From the sequence record OR258281.1: 64,000 nucleotides of DNA, one strand, 5' to 3'. The translations under genes and the position numbers were made by a program. Below, in pieces: positions 1 to 9,343 of this stretch (position 1 is the stretch's first letter; every line of letters starts with the position of its first letter). Below the pieces are notes generated by a model, which did not search any database, was not told the origin of the DNA, and saw nothing but the letters and a program-made list of their open reading frames with translations.

Positions 1-18
1 TATTATTAAGGGTCAGTA

Positions 19-639
19 ATGACGAAGCGTAACTGTATTATTTTTGATTGTGATGATATTCTTCTGGATTACATGGAAGGTCTCAAAAAGTTTGTAGAGA
101 AACATTACGATATATATCCAGCAGGTTATAGCACTGATTATGTACTGAATGAATGGCTAGGAGTTGATGAATATACATGTCAGGAAATTATCAATCACTT
201 CAATCATAATTCATACGAATTTGGATTGTTAAAACAACTGGAAGATGGATTAAGTACTGAACTTCTTATTTTATACAATCATGCAAAAAAACATGACACT
301 GATCTTGTTGTACTTACTAAAAGTGGCAAGAAGGGTCATGGTGAAGTACTACGTAAAGTGAACTTAATGAATACATTCGGGGATATATTCTCCGAAATTA
401 TCATTATTGAAACAAATGAAACTAAACGTGCGTCATTACTAAAGCTTAAGTCTAAGTATAATGTATTATGCTTCGTTGATGATTACGTAGGTAATATTGA
501 TGATGGAATCAAGTGCGGGATTAACTCAGTACTGATAGAACGTCATCATAACGTAAAACACAAAGGTAAAGAGCAATACGTATTTTTCAAAGATTGGGAA
601 CTACTTATTGATTACCTGTACGAGTTAATTAAACAATAA
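19..639 (+). CDS. HAD-superfamily hydrolase, 5'(3')-deoxyribonucleotidase-like
   Basis: HAD motif I IIFDCDDILLD and motif IV FVDDYVGN. Confidence 0.75.
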   Translation: MTKRNCIIFDCDDILLDYMEGLKKFVEKHYDIYPAGYSTDYVLNEWLGVDEYTCQEIINHFNHNSYEFGLLKQLEDGLSTELLILYNHAKKHDTDLVVLTKSGKKGHGEVLRKVNLMNTFGDIFSEIIIIETNETKRASLLKLKSKYNVLCFVDDYVGNIDDGIKCGINSVLIERHHNVKHKGKEQYVFFKDWELLIDYLYELIKQ

Positions 640-649
640 GGATTATTGT

Positions 650-1336
650 ATGTGCGAAGTACGAATGGATTCGTTAAAATCAGATATTGAACGTGTACTA
701 TCAAAAGTACCAGAAATTACTGAAAAGCATAGTAAGTTAAACAGCTTATCTTCTTATATTGAATCGAAGATGGCTACCATTGTACCATCTAAAAGTGTGG
801 TTTTTATCGGGCAAACTAAAAAAGATATTCTGGCGAATTCAAAAGAATATCTTAATTTTGCACAGAAAGAACTACTGACCAACTTGAAACCTTTAGATAA
901 ATCAAAGCACCTTGCACTTAATGATCAATTTAACGAAGTTGAGATTGGTTGGGGTTATTCATATTATATTCCAGGAGATAGTGCATTTTACAAGAAGTTT
1001 CTAATGGGTGTTGGTATGATGGATGACTTTGCAAAAATGGCATATGTAGTTGACCACAATACAAAATACAACTCGATGAGTGCAAGAAAGTTAATTGAAG
1101 AAGTATGTATCGGAAGATTTGACTTAAATCTGGCATTGAAACTGAAAGAACGTATTAAGTTCAGTTCATACTATGTTGATGAAAATTTCAAAATTACCAA
1201 TGTGTATGCCCTGAACTTGTACAATTCGCATATCAACGATTTTGAAAGTTTTTATAGTACTACATTTAAACATCATTCAATAGAAGACATTAAAAAAAGT
1301 ATTGAAACATACATCGATTCTCAATTAAGTAAATAA
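650..1336 (+). CDS. hypothetical protein
   Basis: 228-aa ORF chained to the upstream gene; no family recognised. Confidence 0.7.
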   Translation: MCEVRMDSLKSDIERVLSKVPEITEKHSKLNSLSSYIESKMATIVPSKSVVFIGQTKKDILANSKEYLNFAQKELLTNLKPLDKSKHLALNDQFNEVEIGWGYSYYIPGDSAFYKKFLMGVGMMDDFAKMAYVVDHNTKYNSMSARKLIEEVCIGRFDLNLALKLKERIKFSSYYVDENFKITNVYALNLYNSHINDFESFYSTTFKHHSIEDIKKSIETYIDSQLSK

Positions 1337-1372
1337 GTTATAAATGTTAATTACTTTTTGAGGATTAATAAC

Positions 1373-1939
1373 ATGCAAAGTGATAATAGTTCTGGAACCA
1401 TCCAACGTCTGTATGATCAAGACGGTCTTCTAGATATACTACTAGGAGTAGAACAGTACTTTGATGGTATGGATTTGTATGCGTACAAAAACTGGATTGA
1501 TGGGGAAATTGTTGAAGGCCCAATCGTTTCCAAATATTGGGTTGAAGTGACAATTAAGTACAATCATGAAACTTTCCCCGATCCACGTGCACTACTTATT
1601 TTTGAACGTCAAGGTACTAAAGTATTAGTAAAACAGGAGTACGAAGTACATCCTATTGAACATCCACGCAGTTCAGATGATATGCAGAGTGTTCTTGGTA
1701 GTTATACATCAGTACAGAAACCGAAGGAAGTTCGTGAACCTATTCTGTTGGTTAAGTTCCAGATCCCACGCAGATTAGTGAATCCTGAAAGTTTCGATGA
1801 GTACAAACTAATGAATGCTGATTTTAATAATAATGCATTACTGAATGATGATGCTGAACAAGATGCACCACCAGCACCTGAACAACAGGATAATGGTGAT
1901 GATATTCAGTTTGATGAAATGGGAGGAATGGGTGAGTAA
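1373..1939 (+). CDS. conserved large-phage hypothetical protein with acidic C-terminal tail
   Basis: ATG at 1373 with GAGG SD; LYAYKNWIDGEIVEGP..KYWVEVT pattern recalled from large myoviruses. Confidence 0.7.
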   Translation: MQSDNSSGTIQRLYDQDGLLDILLGVEQYFDGMDLYAYKNWIDGEIVEGPIVSKYWVEVTIKYNHETFPDPRALLIFERQGTKVLVKQEYEVHPIEHPRSSDDMQSVLGSYTSVQKPKEVREPILLVKFQIPRRLVNPESFDEYKLMNADFNNNALLNDDAEQDAPPAPEQQDNGDDIQFDEMGGMGE

Positions 1940-2615
1940 TATTCTAAATGAGAAATCACTTAAACCTGAAGTACTAAAGGATCTTATTAATCCAATTGTC
2001 AGTATTGATGAGTACACACCAAAGCTTGATTCAAGCAACATTGTTATCATGTTTCAGGTACTTGACAATTTTGATGCGGCATACGATCTTAGTTCCTTCA
2101 TTGAAAAGTCTCCCGAGGATGTAGTTGATACTGAAGCAGTTGAAACACCTAACGTAGATGGACAATATCAGGTTTTTGTGGAGATGGAGCGTAATGCCGA
2201 ATTTCCTGAGAAATTTGTACGTTTAGTACATGATATTGCTAATATTTCTCCGGGTATAGATTGGAAGTTACAACTATATAAAGTTAACGATCCGATTGAT
2301 CTTGATGTTAAGAAACTTAATAAGAATCTGAGACTAAGTACTGAAGATACTTTGCGTGAATTTTTTGATTACGCACCAGTTCAGGTACAGATGTTAGAAG
2401 AAGGTTTCAAACTTAAGAGTGTATACGGTTCTGAACTTACGTACTCTAAAAACTCCGGTGCAGTATCAGAAGAAACAATGAAGTTCATGCTGAATTGTGA
2501 TACTAAACTGGACGAATCAAAACTAAGTTCAGTACTTGGTTCTGAATATGATGTAGTAAGAAGTGGTTCTGAACTCATTGTAGGCCGTGCCGGAAAATAC
2601 ATTATATTGAGGTAA
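1932..2615 (+). CDS. hypothetical protein
   Basis: GTG at 1932 with GGAGG SD at 1922, overlapping the upstream stop. Confidence 0.7.
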   Translation: MSNILNEKSLKPEVLKDLINPIVSIDEYTPKLDSSNIVIMFQVLDNFDAAYDLSSFIEKSPEDVVDTEAVETPNVDGQYQVFVEMERNAEFPEKFVRLVHDIANISPGIDWKLQLYKVNDPIDLDVKKLNKNLRLSTEDTLREFFDYAPVQVQMLEEGFKLKSVYGSELTYSKNSGAVSEETMKFMLNCDTKLDESKLSSVLGSEYDVVRSGSELIVGRAGKYIILR

Positions 2616-2616
2616 C

Positions 2617-3411
2617 ATGAGAGTACTTAATCTTATTAAGGAACTCCATGAGAATACGCGTTCAGAGCTACAATCACATTCTAATATTGGCTTAACGAAG
2701 CGTATGTACTGTAGAGCATATGAGATTAACCGTATAGGGAAATCATATGATAACAGTGCACGACAAGATATAAGTACTGAATTTATTTTAACATCATACT
2801 TAGCACGTACTGTGTTCATTAATGAAAAGTACTTACGCTCAAGATATTTTTATGATGAAGAGTATCAAAATGAATTAAAGTTCACTAAAGGGTTATGGAA
2901 GATTTTCAGTACTGAAGTATTCAATGAAATCCTTCCTGAACTTCCAGTACCCAAAACCTATAATGAACTTGAAAGTATTTTCATGAGTAGAAGCAGAAAC
3001 ATGAAATTCAACCTGTACAATACAGTAAAAAGTGCAGTCATTCATAGTACTATTACAGATTCTAAACACTGTAGTACCATGAAAGATTTCGACCTTTTCT
3101 GTTGTCTTCCTGGCATACCGGGATGGACTTCAGTACAGCACGGAGCATCACTTTCAGATGGTCGCAGAGAAGCCCCGCAGAGGCTTCTACAATGCAGCAT
3201 GGGTATGTTTAGATACGACCACCTTAATGCTAATGAACCTTACAAAAACTTTTGGAAGGAGCAGGCTAATTTAGCATTGACAAAGGCGATCACTATATGG
3301 GAAGATTCATACATAACGAAGTTTAGGAACGCGTCGATGTATGATTTGACCCCATTACCAGAAAGATTTACTCCAGTTGGGGAATTCAAATGGAACATCA
3401 AAAGGACTTAA
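2617..3411 (+). CDS. hypothetical protein
   Basis: 264-aa ORF followed by a terminator hairpin. Confidence 0.7.
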   Translation: MRVLNLIKELHENTRSELQSHSNIGLTKRMYCRAYEINRIGKSYDNSARQDISTEFILTSYLARTVFINEKYLRSRYFYDEEYQNELKFTKGLWKIFSTEVFNEILPELPVPKTYNELESIFMSRSRNMKFNLYNTVKSAVIHSTITDSKHCSTMKDFDLFCCLPGIPGWTSVQHGASLSDGRREAPQRLLQCSMGMFRYDHLNANEPYKNFWKEQANLALTKAITIWEDSYITKFRNASMYDLTPLPERFTPVGEFKWNIKRT

Positions 3412-3435
3412 CTTTTAGTTGAGTCCTTTCTTTTT
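3404..3435 (+). terminator. intrinsic terminator
   Basis: GGACTTAAC/GTTGAGTCC stem then a T-rich tract. Confidence 0.6.
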
Positions 3436-3454
3436 GAATTAAGGAAACCCACCT

Positions 3455-4261
3455 ATGTTTAGCTTTGCTTTTGGAAACAACTCAGTTTGTAACATAGAAC
3501 CTAAAGTTAAATGGTCAAACATACGTCAGTCTGCGTTACGCCGTAACAAACATATGCGTTTATCAGTAAACCATGTCACTAAGTTACTGGATAAGGATGT
3601 TAATAAAGGAGTATGTGATTACACTGGAGTTGAGTTTAGTACTGATACTAATTCTCCTTTATATCCTACTTTTGACCGGATTAATTCTGCACTTGGATAT
3701 GTACCGGGTAACATTGTAATCTGTACTACACAAGCAAACTTACTAAAAGAAAAAGTATTTGAAAATGGAATTTCTTGGACAAGATCTAAAGAAAATGATT
3801 TTATTGTTAATAGTATCTTCAAAACTTTAAGTACTAATATTGTAGTTAAAGCTAAGAAGTACCTAGTTAAAGGTGAAAGAGTAAATCTTACTCTGAATCT
3901 TAACACTCTTTTAGAGAACCACAAAAAAGCAGTACTTTCTTTAGACTACTGTGATTCTGAAGTACTACTAAGTGTTCAGAATCCTTATGCTAAAGCTGGT
4001 TTAATTAAAATTAACCGCAGTAGTACTAAGTCTGACAAGTGTACCATAAAGGACTATAACGAATTTTGTCGTTTGAACTTTAAAGTACAACTAACGTATC
4101 TGGAATTCCATACTCTGATGAACACTGAATTGTGTCAGCACAGTGGAAAATATATCGAAAATCCTTTGCTAATTGTGCTTGACAAAACTAAGCCAGTGCG
4201 TAAAAATAGCGTTATAGTGATTGACCGGAAATATCAGGAAGCGTATCGTGAGCAAATGTAA
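3455..4261 (+). CDS. His-Me finger (HNH-like) endonuclease
   Basis: CDYTGVEF..PTFDRINSALGYVPGNIVICT..AN matches the DRID..GY..GN motif of phage HNH-like nucleases. Confidence 0.6.
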   Translation: MFSFAFGNNSVCNIEPKVKWSNIRQSALRRNKHMRLSVNHVTKLLDKDVNKGVCDYTGVEFSTDTNSPLYPTFDRINSALGYVPGNIVICTTQANLLKEKVFENGISWTRSKENDFIVNSIFKTLSTNIVVKAKKYLVKGERVNLTLNLNTLLENHKKAVLSLDYCDSEVLLSVQNPYAKAGLIKINRSSTKSDKCTIKDYNEFCRLNFKVQLTYLEFHTLMNTELCQHSGKYIENPLLIVLDKTKPVRKNSVIVIDRKYQEAYREQM

Positions 4262-5249
4262 TGAAATCAAAATTCCTACGGGAAGAGAAGGATATGTGTT
4301 TAGGAGTGATATGCATTTTGGTCATTCAAAAATGGGAAAAACCATGAAGAAAGTTGACATTAAACTGAAAGAAGTACATCCGAATGATATGACGGGAATT
4401 CCTTTACCTGTTACAAGTATTAATGATGTTGAATTGCCAAAATTTAATGATTTTTCATTGGACTTTAGCCTTTATATTCATCACTTGGACCTTACATTGT
4501 CCGATTCATTAAAAAAGAAAATCAACTTCAAACAATTACGTTTTAGTACTTCTTTAAGTGATTTATATCGGCAGCTATTTATTAATGTTCCAGAAGTACA
4601 TTTTTATCTGAATTTTAATAATTACAGTTATCATAATTTTAGTAACTGTTTGAATATTATAGAAAATTTGTTGAAACATGAATTTACCCAACGTGGTTCT
4701 TGTAAAATGAAAAACTTACTGAACCCAGCATACGATTATCAAATTAACCCAGCAATACATGGAAAAAACGAAATGTCTTATACTCTGAAATTCTTTTATA
4801 CTGAAGGCCATACTTTTACTGCTTCTAACGTTGATAACCACACAGTAGGTCAAGGTTGTATCAATTACTACACCAGCAAGCAAACTGATACCGTTCACAG
4901 TTCAGCACAACATCGTGTATTTGTTGATGATGTACTGTATGTAGAAGTACACAAACCTAACGGTTTCTTTGAAGTAATTCCAGGTCTGATCAAATCATTC
5001 AGTGCAGTACCAAATGCACAGGAAATGAATAAAGTTAACAACGTGGTTGCTAACGAAAATCAGCATAAAGAAGCTGCTGCAAAACGACATGACAAAAATG
5101 TTAAGGCAATTGCCGCTAAGCGTAAGGCACAACGTGCTCGTGAACTTGGTGTTACTATTGCAGATCTGGAAAAAATTGGTACTATGCAAAAAGCAGAACG
5201 TACCCGTATTAAAGAAGAAAAGAAAGCTAAGAAAAATACTTCTGCATAA
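4221..5249 (+). CDS. hypothetical protein with Lys/Arg/Ala-rich C-terminus
   Basis: 342-aa ORF; possible internal start at 4707. Confidence 0.6.
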   Translation: MTGNIRKRIVSKCNEIKIPTGREGYVFRSDMHFGHSKMGKTMKKVDIKLKEVHPNDMTGIPLPVTSINDVELPKFNDFSLDFSLYIHHLDLTLSDSLKKKINFKQLRFSTSLSDLYRQLFINVPEVHFYLNFNNYSYHNFSNCLNIIENLLKHEFTQRGSCKMKNLLNPAYDYQINPAIHGKNEMSYTLKFFYTEGHTFTASNVDNHTVGQGCINYYTSKQTDTVHSSAQHRVFVDDVLYVEVHKPNGFFEVIPGLIKSFSAVPNAQEMNKVNNVVANENQHKEAAAKRHDKNVKAIAAKRKAQRARELGVTIADLEKIGTMQKAERTRIKEEKKAKKNTSA

Positions 5250-5267
5250 TAATAAGATATTTTAACA

Positions 5268-5297
5268 ATAGGGAGCTAATGAAAGTTAGCTCCCTAT
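5268..5297. terminator. perfect 12-bp hairpin (terminator or processing site)
   Basis: ATAGGGAGCTAA-tgaaag-TTAGCTCCCTAT. Confidence 0.55.
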
Positions 5298-5314
5298 ATT
5301 GTTTAGGAAGTACA

Positions 5315-5542
5315 ATGAGTAAGTTTAGCAATGTCTTTTATAGTATTGCATGTATAGTACTTTGCGGTACTCTTTTATTTTTAGTTCTACACGATACACC
5401 CACCGATAGCAGCATACAATCATTTGACGATATTATCACTAATCCAAAGGACCGTGAGGTACTTAGGAAGTTAGGTATTCGTCAATTTGTCTGTACTAAA
5501 GACCACAAAACTGACGTAATTATATGTAAAAATGAGAGGTAA
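5315..5542 (+). CDS. small membrane-anchored protein
   Basis: ATG at 5315 with AGGAAG SD; N-terminal hydrophobic helix. Confidence 0.65.
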   Translation: MSKFSNVFYSIACIVLCGTLLFLVLHDTPTDSSIQSFDDIITNPKDREVLRKLGIRQFVCTKDHKTDVIICKNER

Positions 5543-5548
5543 TAATAT

Positions 5549-5758
5549 ATGAACACTGGTAACTATATCATTCTTGGTAGTAATCATGACGGCACAAACG
5601 TTACTGTACGTGCTAAGCCATACGAACACACCTCACTGTGTTCAGCACAGAAAGAAGCAGAGCGTCTTGCCGTGCAATTTCCTGAGCGGTCTTTCATCGT
5701 TGTTGAAGTGAAGGGAACCGTAAAACAGGTTGTTGTAAATCCGATTCAATGGAAATAA
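5549..5758 (+). CDS. hypothetical protein
   Basis: GAGG SD; 69 aa. Confidence 0.65.
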   Translation: MNTGNYIILGSNHDGTNVTVRAKPYEHTSLCSAQKEAERLAVQFPERSFIVVEVKGTVKQVVVNPIQWK

Positions 5759-5786
5759 TTATTTTAAAGAAAAATGATATTTCTGC

Positions 5787-5815
5787 TTGACGGTCCTAAT
5801 GGTATTTGGCATAAT
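5787..5815 (+). promoter_or_regulatory. sigma70-type promoter of the ter cluster
   Basis: TTGACG-N17-CATAAT. Confidence 0.6.
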
Positions 5816-5846
5816 GACCTCACTGAAAACGAACAGGAAAAAAGAA

Positions 5847-6563
5847 ATGGCTCTCTCACTTGATAAAGAAGTAGAAAAAGTTAAATTAACTCTGGACAAA
5901 GTAACTACTGGTGATGTTCCTCCAGTGCAGGTTGAACTGCTGGCAGACGTCTCTGGTTCAATGGGTTCTGCGTATACTCAGCGTGGCTGGATGTACCCAA
6001 TCCTTCAGCGTACTATCGCACTGGCAAGCGTTATTGACCCGGACAAAGTAGTACAACTGACGATCTTCGATACTTCTGCAACTTCGTTGGGCGACTTCGG
6101 TGTTGATAAGTTCGAAAGCATTTATAAAGCATTCGACGGTAAAGTAGGCGGCGGTACTGACTACGAAAGTGCATTTAACCAGGTATTGTCAAACCGTAAT
6201 TCACCGGTACAGAAAGCAAAAGGTTTCTTTGGCTCTCTGTTCGGTAAAAAAGACAATTCAGCAGCAAAAAGTACTTCCAAAGAGCCGTCACTTATTGTAT
6301 TCTTTACTGACGGCGAAGATGGTGGCAGTACTTCAAGTTTCCTGAAAGCAGTAGATAAAGTTCTGGATGGTAATACTTATCTTCTGTGTATTGGTGCTGG
6401 CGGTTCTGAGTACTCTTATCGTACACTGAAACAACTTGCCGATCAGCGTAGTGATGTTGGTTATGTGTACTTCGACAAACCACACAATCTTACCGATGAC
6501 CAGTTCTATAATACAGTACTGAGCGGTGAATTTGGTGAATGGCTGAAGCAGTTCTCTGCTTAA
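5847..6563 (+). CDS. vWA-domain protein (ter-cluster type)
   Basis: MIDAS motif DVSGS, GGTDY, FFTDGE; adjacent to terC/terD. Confidence 0.85.
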   Translation: MALSLDKEVEKVKLTLDKVTTGDVPPVQVELLADVSGSMGSAYTQRGWMYPILQRTIALASVIDPDKVVQLTIFDTSATSLGDFGVDKFESIYKAFDGKVGGGTDYESAFNQVLSNRNSPVQKAKGFFGSLFGKKDNSAAKSTSKEPSLIVFFTDGEDGGSTSSFLKAVDKVLDGNTYLLCIGAGGSEYSYRTLKQLADQRSDVGYVYFDKPHNLTDDQFYNTVLSGEFGEWLKQFSA

Positions 6564-6644
6564 GTTAAAAACAATTAGTACTTAAATGATGCACCAATAT
6601 ATTGTTGGTGCATATAAATCAAAACCTTTTAGGGTAATAAAGTA

Positions 6645-7706
6645 ATGAAAAGCACTTTGAGCTATTTCCGTGGAGCACTGACGTTTCTGGTAATCGGTAT
6701 TGGGTTCGCAGCATATGATGGTTATATGTATGGGGGTATGGCTGGAGCATGGCCTGCTGTACTGACAATGCTGATGCTTGCTGGTCTTGAAATTAGTATG
6801 TCGATGGATAACGCAGTAGTCAATGCTGGTATTCTGAAACACATGTCACCGTTCTGGCGTAAGATGTTCCTGACAGTGGGTATGTTCATTGCAGTATTCG
6901 GTATGCGAGCATTTTTCCCATTAGTGATTATTTCCATTACAGGCGGAACTTCACTACTTGAAGCTGGGAAAATTGCACTATTCGATCATGAAAAATTCCA
7001 GAGTATTATGCTTGGTGCACACATGAGTATCATGGGATTCGGTGCAGCATTCCTACTCATGGTTGGCTTGAATTACTTTGTACAAAAAGAACATGAAACT
7101 ATCTGGATTCCAGTAGAGAAATGGTTCGAAAAATTACCTGAAGGTGTGATTGCCCGTTTAGTACTAGGTGTTCTGATTACTACTCCAGTACTGGCAGGTG
7201 TATATATTACTCACCCATCAGAGTTCCAAGGTTTCGCAATCTCTATTGCTGTAGGCTTTGCTACTTATGTACTGTTAGATGTTATTAAAGCAATTGTTGG
7301 TGGTGGAGATATTGCAGCACTTGCAGCTAAACATGGGGTACTTGCTTTCCTGTGGTTAGAAGTAATCGATGCAAGCTTTAGTCTCGATGGTGTCGTTGGT
7401 GCATTCAGTATCACAAATGATCCAGTACTGATTGCAATTGGTTGTGGTTTAGTTGGTGCAATGACAGTACGTGATGCTACTGTATATCTGGTAGAAACTG
7501 GTAAGTTAGATACTTATGAGTATCTTGAACCAGGTGCAATGTGGGCGATTTTAGCACTCGTTACCATCATGTTTGTAAGTGCATTTGGAGTACACGTACC
7601 GGAAGTAGTAGCTGGTGGCGTTAGTATTATGATTATCATTGCAGCAGTAATTTGTAGTATTAAGAAGAATGGTCTTCATGATACAATGGAACTTGAAAAC
7701 GAATAA
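6645..7706 (+). CDS. terC: TerC-family (DUF475-type) integral membrane protein
   Basis: LEISMSMDNAVVNA and EVIDASFSLDGVVGAF motifs; many transmembrane helices. Confidence 0.88.
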   Translation: MKSTLSYFRGALTFLVIGIGFAAYDGYMYGGMAGAWPAVLTMLMLAGLEISMSMDNAVVNAGILKHMSPFWRKMFLTVGMFIAVFGMRAFFPLVIISITGGTSLLEAGKIALFDHEKFQSIMLGAHMSIMGFGAAFLLMVGLNYFVQKEHETIWIPVEKWFEKLPEGVIARLVLGVLITTPVLAGVYITHPSEFQGFAISIAVGFATYVLLDVIKAIVGGGDIAALAAKHGVLAFLWLEVIDASFSLDGVVGAFSITNDPVLIAIGCGLVGAMTVRDATVYLVETGKLDTYEYLEPGAMWAILALVTIMFVSAFGVHVPEVVAGGVSIMIIIAAVICSIKKNGLHDTMELENE

Positions 7707-7721
7707 GTTCTGACAAATCTA

Positions 7722-7752
7722 AATACTCCCATAATATTATGGGAGTATTTTT
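7722..7752 (+). terminator. intrinsic terminator
   Basis: AATACTCCCATA/TATGGGAGTATT stem plus T tract. Confidence 0.7.
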
Positions 7753-7946
7753 ATGCCAATTAAGTTAACGACAGAACAATGAAGACGCGATTAAAAATGA
7801 TTTTTTCATAAAAAAATGAGATAAATTTATTGCGGATTTCATACAAAGATGATATAGTTAGTGAAATTGATTCACACATGAATGACCTTAAGAAATGTGA
7901 AGTACTTATAAAAATTCATGGCGAAATAAAGTTTAAAAAGCATTGA
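7753..7946 (+). pseudogene. internally deleted, frameshifted homing-endonuclease remnant
   Basis: MPIKLTTEQ* start; then across two frames EDAIKNDFFIK / NEINLLRISYKDDI, like the C-terminus of Vsr-type phage endonucleases. Confidence 0.5.
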
Positions 7947-7971
7947 CAGATAGTACCAAACGTTTTAAAAT
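7943..7971 (+). promoter_or_regulatory. sigma70-type promoter upstream of terD
   Basis: TTGACA-N17-TAAAAT. Confidence 0.7.
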
Positions 7972-8017
7972 ATATCCCGTAACGTAAACTTAATTCATAC
8001 ACAAGAAGGAAAATTAC

Positions 8018-8599
8018 ATGGCTCTCACTCTCGAAAAAGGTTCATCACTGCCACTGACTAAAGAAGACGGCAAAACACCACTGAACCGTATTCGTGTTGA
8101 ACTGTCCTGGAATCCAAACGAAGGTGCATCTCAGTTCCAGTTCGACCTGGATGTATTAGGTGCAGTATGTAAAGATGAAACTCTGCAAGCAGTAGCAGCA
8201 TCTGAAGTAGCATATTGGGGCCAGAAAGTTACCAAAGCTATCAAGGTTTCTCCTGATAACACTACTGGTAAAGGCGATGGCGTTGATGAATATATGGATG
8301 TTACTATCGATCAGGTAGCTCCTGAAGGTACTCGCATTCCGATTCTGGTTTACATCTATAACGCACGTCAGAAACAGCAGAGCTTTGCACAAGTTGATGG
8401 TGCAACAGTAGTACTGCGTGATCTTGATACTGGTAATGTAGTTGGTTCTTGTAACATTACTGAAAAAGGCACTTCAAGCGATGAATCACTGCTGGTCGGT
8501 GTGTTCGAAAAACAGGCTGATGGTACTTTCGTTTACAATCAGTTGAACGAATTCTACGATAAGAGCTTCCAGGAATGGGTTCAAGTCTTCACCAGCTAA
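8018..8599 (+). CDS. terD: TerD-family stress protein
   Basis: VELSWNP..FDLDV..SPDNTTGKGDGVDE motifs. Confidence 0.85.
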   Translation: MALTLEKGSSLPLTKEDGKTPLNRIRVELSWNPNEGASQFQFDLDVLGAVCKDETLQAVAASEVAYWGQKVTKAIKVSPDNTTGKGDGVDEYMDVTIDQVAPEGTRIPILVYIYNARQKQQSFAQVDGATVVLRDLDTGNVVGSCNITEKGTSSDESLLVGVFEKQADGTFVYNQLNEFYDKSFQEWVQVFTS

Positions 8600-8619
8600 T
8601 CTGAAGTTCTTCTACATTA

Positions 8620-8643
8620 TTGGGTACTCAATTGAGTACCCAA
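8620..8643. repeat. perfect 24-bp palindrome
   Basis: TTGGGTACTCAATTGAGTACCCAA. Confidence 0.75.
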
Positions 8644-8690
8644 TTCTTTTTAAACAGTACTTAAACAAAAGCTAAACAGAGGAAAAGTAT

Positions 8691-9281
8691 ATGTCTTTTA
8701 CACTTGATAAAGGTTCTAAACTAAATCTTGATAAGTTTGAAGCCTCCGGCTTGAACGTTCTTCGTGTTGAAATGAATTGGGATGCACCAGAAAAAACAAG
8801 TTCTCATTTTAAAACGTATGATTACGATCTGGATGCAGTTGCATTTATCATTGACAAAAATGAAAAAGCAATTGATAACTACAAACATTTTTGTTTCTTC
8901 AAACAGCCAAATACTCCAGCAATTCTGAGTTCAGGGGATGACCTGAATGGTAAAGATGGTGGTGAATCCCTTCTGATTACCCTGGCTAATGTACCAACAG
9001 AAGGTACACAGATTCCAATTATCGTTGATCTGCACAAAGCAGCAGAACGTAAGCAGAACCTGTCTCAGATGAAATCTGGTACTGTTCAGATCCTGAACCA
9101 TGAAACTGATGAAGTACTTTGTACTATCAACATGAGTTCGTTCTCAAGCAGTGATACTTCAATCCTGTGTGCTATGGTTAACCGCACATCGTCTGGTTTT
9201 GACGTAGAAAACATCAGCTTAGGTTTTGATAAAGGCTTGGGTGATTGGGTTAAATTGTACGGGATTGATTTGACCAAATAA
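8691..9281 (+). CDS. terD: TerD/TerZ-family stress protein (second copy)
   Basis: MNWD..YDLDAVAF..SGDDLNGKDGGE motifs. Confidence 0.82.
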   Translation: MSFTLDKGSKLNLDKFEASGLNVLRVEMNWDAPEKTSSHFKTYDYDLDAVAFIIDKNEKAIDNYKHFCFFKQPNTPAILSSGDDLNGKDGGESLLITLANVPTEGTQIPIIVDLHKAAERKQNLSQMKSGTVQILNHETDEVLCTINMSSFSSSDTSILCAMVNRTSSGFDVENISLGFDKGLGDWVKLYGIDLTK

Positions 9282-9302
9282 GTAAAAGCTGTTAGAATTA
9301 AT

Positions 9303-9326
9303 GGGTGCTGAAGAAGCACCCTTTTT
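9303..9326 (+). terminator. intrinsic terminator
   Basis: GGGTGCT/AGCACCC plus T5. Confidence 0.7.
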
Positions 9327-9343
9327 CGCATAGGGATGAATAA

